The translations under genes and the position numbers were made by a program. Below are positions 63,585-64,000 of a stretch of DNA of 64,000 nt, piece after piece (within the stretch, counting starts at the first letter, position 1; each line of letters opens with the position of its first letter). The notes under the pieces are model-generated. The model saw only the letters and a program-made list of their open reading frames with translations, did not search any database and had not been told where the DNA came from. The stretch is from Iphione sp. A-MEVVRFRX5 (Eukaryota): assembly GCA_976226885.1 (NCBI GenBank), contig OZ320313.1:121396001-121460000 (forward strand), given 5' to 3'.

Positions 63585-64000
63585 GAATAGAATAGAATAG
63601 AAATCTGTTTATTGTCTTGTCCATCTTATTACATGAGGTCTCAAGGGCATGACATAACAAAGTAAAAAAAGGAATACAGATTTACGATTATACAAAGCTT
63701 GAGGTTGGCTACATTAATCAACGCGTACATTTGTGCATGTGCAATCAATTCTTAGAAACCAATTCTTATCGGCAAGTTTTTACACTTGTTTTGAAAGACC
63801 TCAGAGTTGGATATAGACGACAATGTACAGGCAGTTCATTCCATTTATTTACTGCCCCAAATAGAAACGATTTCCTCACAATACTTTTCTTTGTTTGAGT
63901 TACCTGTAACCGTATGTGCCTCCCACATCTCGTTTTAGTGGATTTTCCTTTCAACAACATCTTCAGGATGAACATATTGTGTATCAGGTTTACAGAAGCA
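63585..64000 (-). mobile_element. 3' end of a second CR1/L2/Crack-group LINE, continuing beyond the window
   Basis: ORF 63766-63975 ends RKSFLFGAVNKWNELP..LRSFKTSVK, a typical ORF2 C-terminus. AATAAA (tttatt 63608-63613) and an (ATTCT)n-type tail (gaata x3, 63585-63599) follow. Confidence 0.85.

Overview
Eukaryotic (most likely invertebrate animal) genomic DNA, AT-rich with local GC/CpG-rich islands. One host gene is recognisable: the first coding exon of a KCNQ (Kv7) potassium channel on the minus strand (46547-47142), inside a CpG-rich island. I found no exon 2 to its left, so much or all of 1-46546 is probably a very large first intron. That region holds a decayed piggyBac (959-3674), a decayed DIRS/Ngaro-type tyrosine-recombinase retrotransposon (~16.3-19.6 kb) with a nested MITE, a decayed intron-containing Crypton (~34.5-36.9 kb), several MITEs and simple repeats. 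The standout is an apparently full-length, young non-LTR retrotransposon of the CR1/L2/Crack group upstream of KCNQ (~52596-58750, minus strand) with three ORFs. ORF1 is an L1-type coiled-coil/RRM protein fused in frame to a C-terminal NADAR (YbiA-like) domain. A separate SGNH/GDSL esterase ORF follows, then an intact 935-aa APE-RT ORF2, a 3' UTR with three co-varying hairpins, AATAAA and an A14 tail. The ORF track splits ORF1 and truncates the esterase because each carries one in-frame TGA; I translated across both by hand. Domain calls come from motif recognition only; no database search was run.
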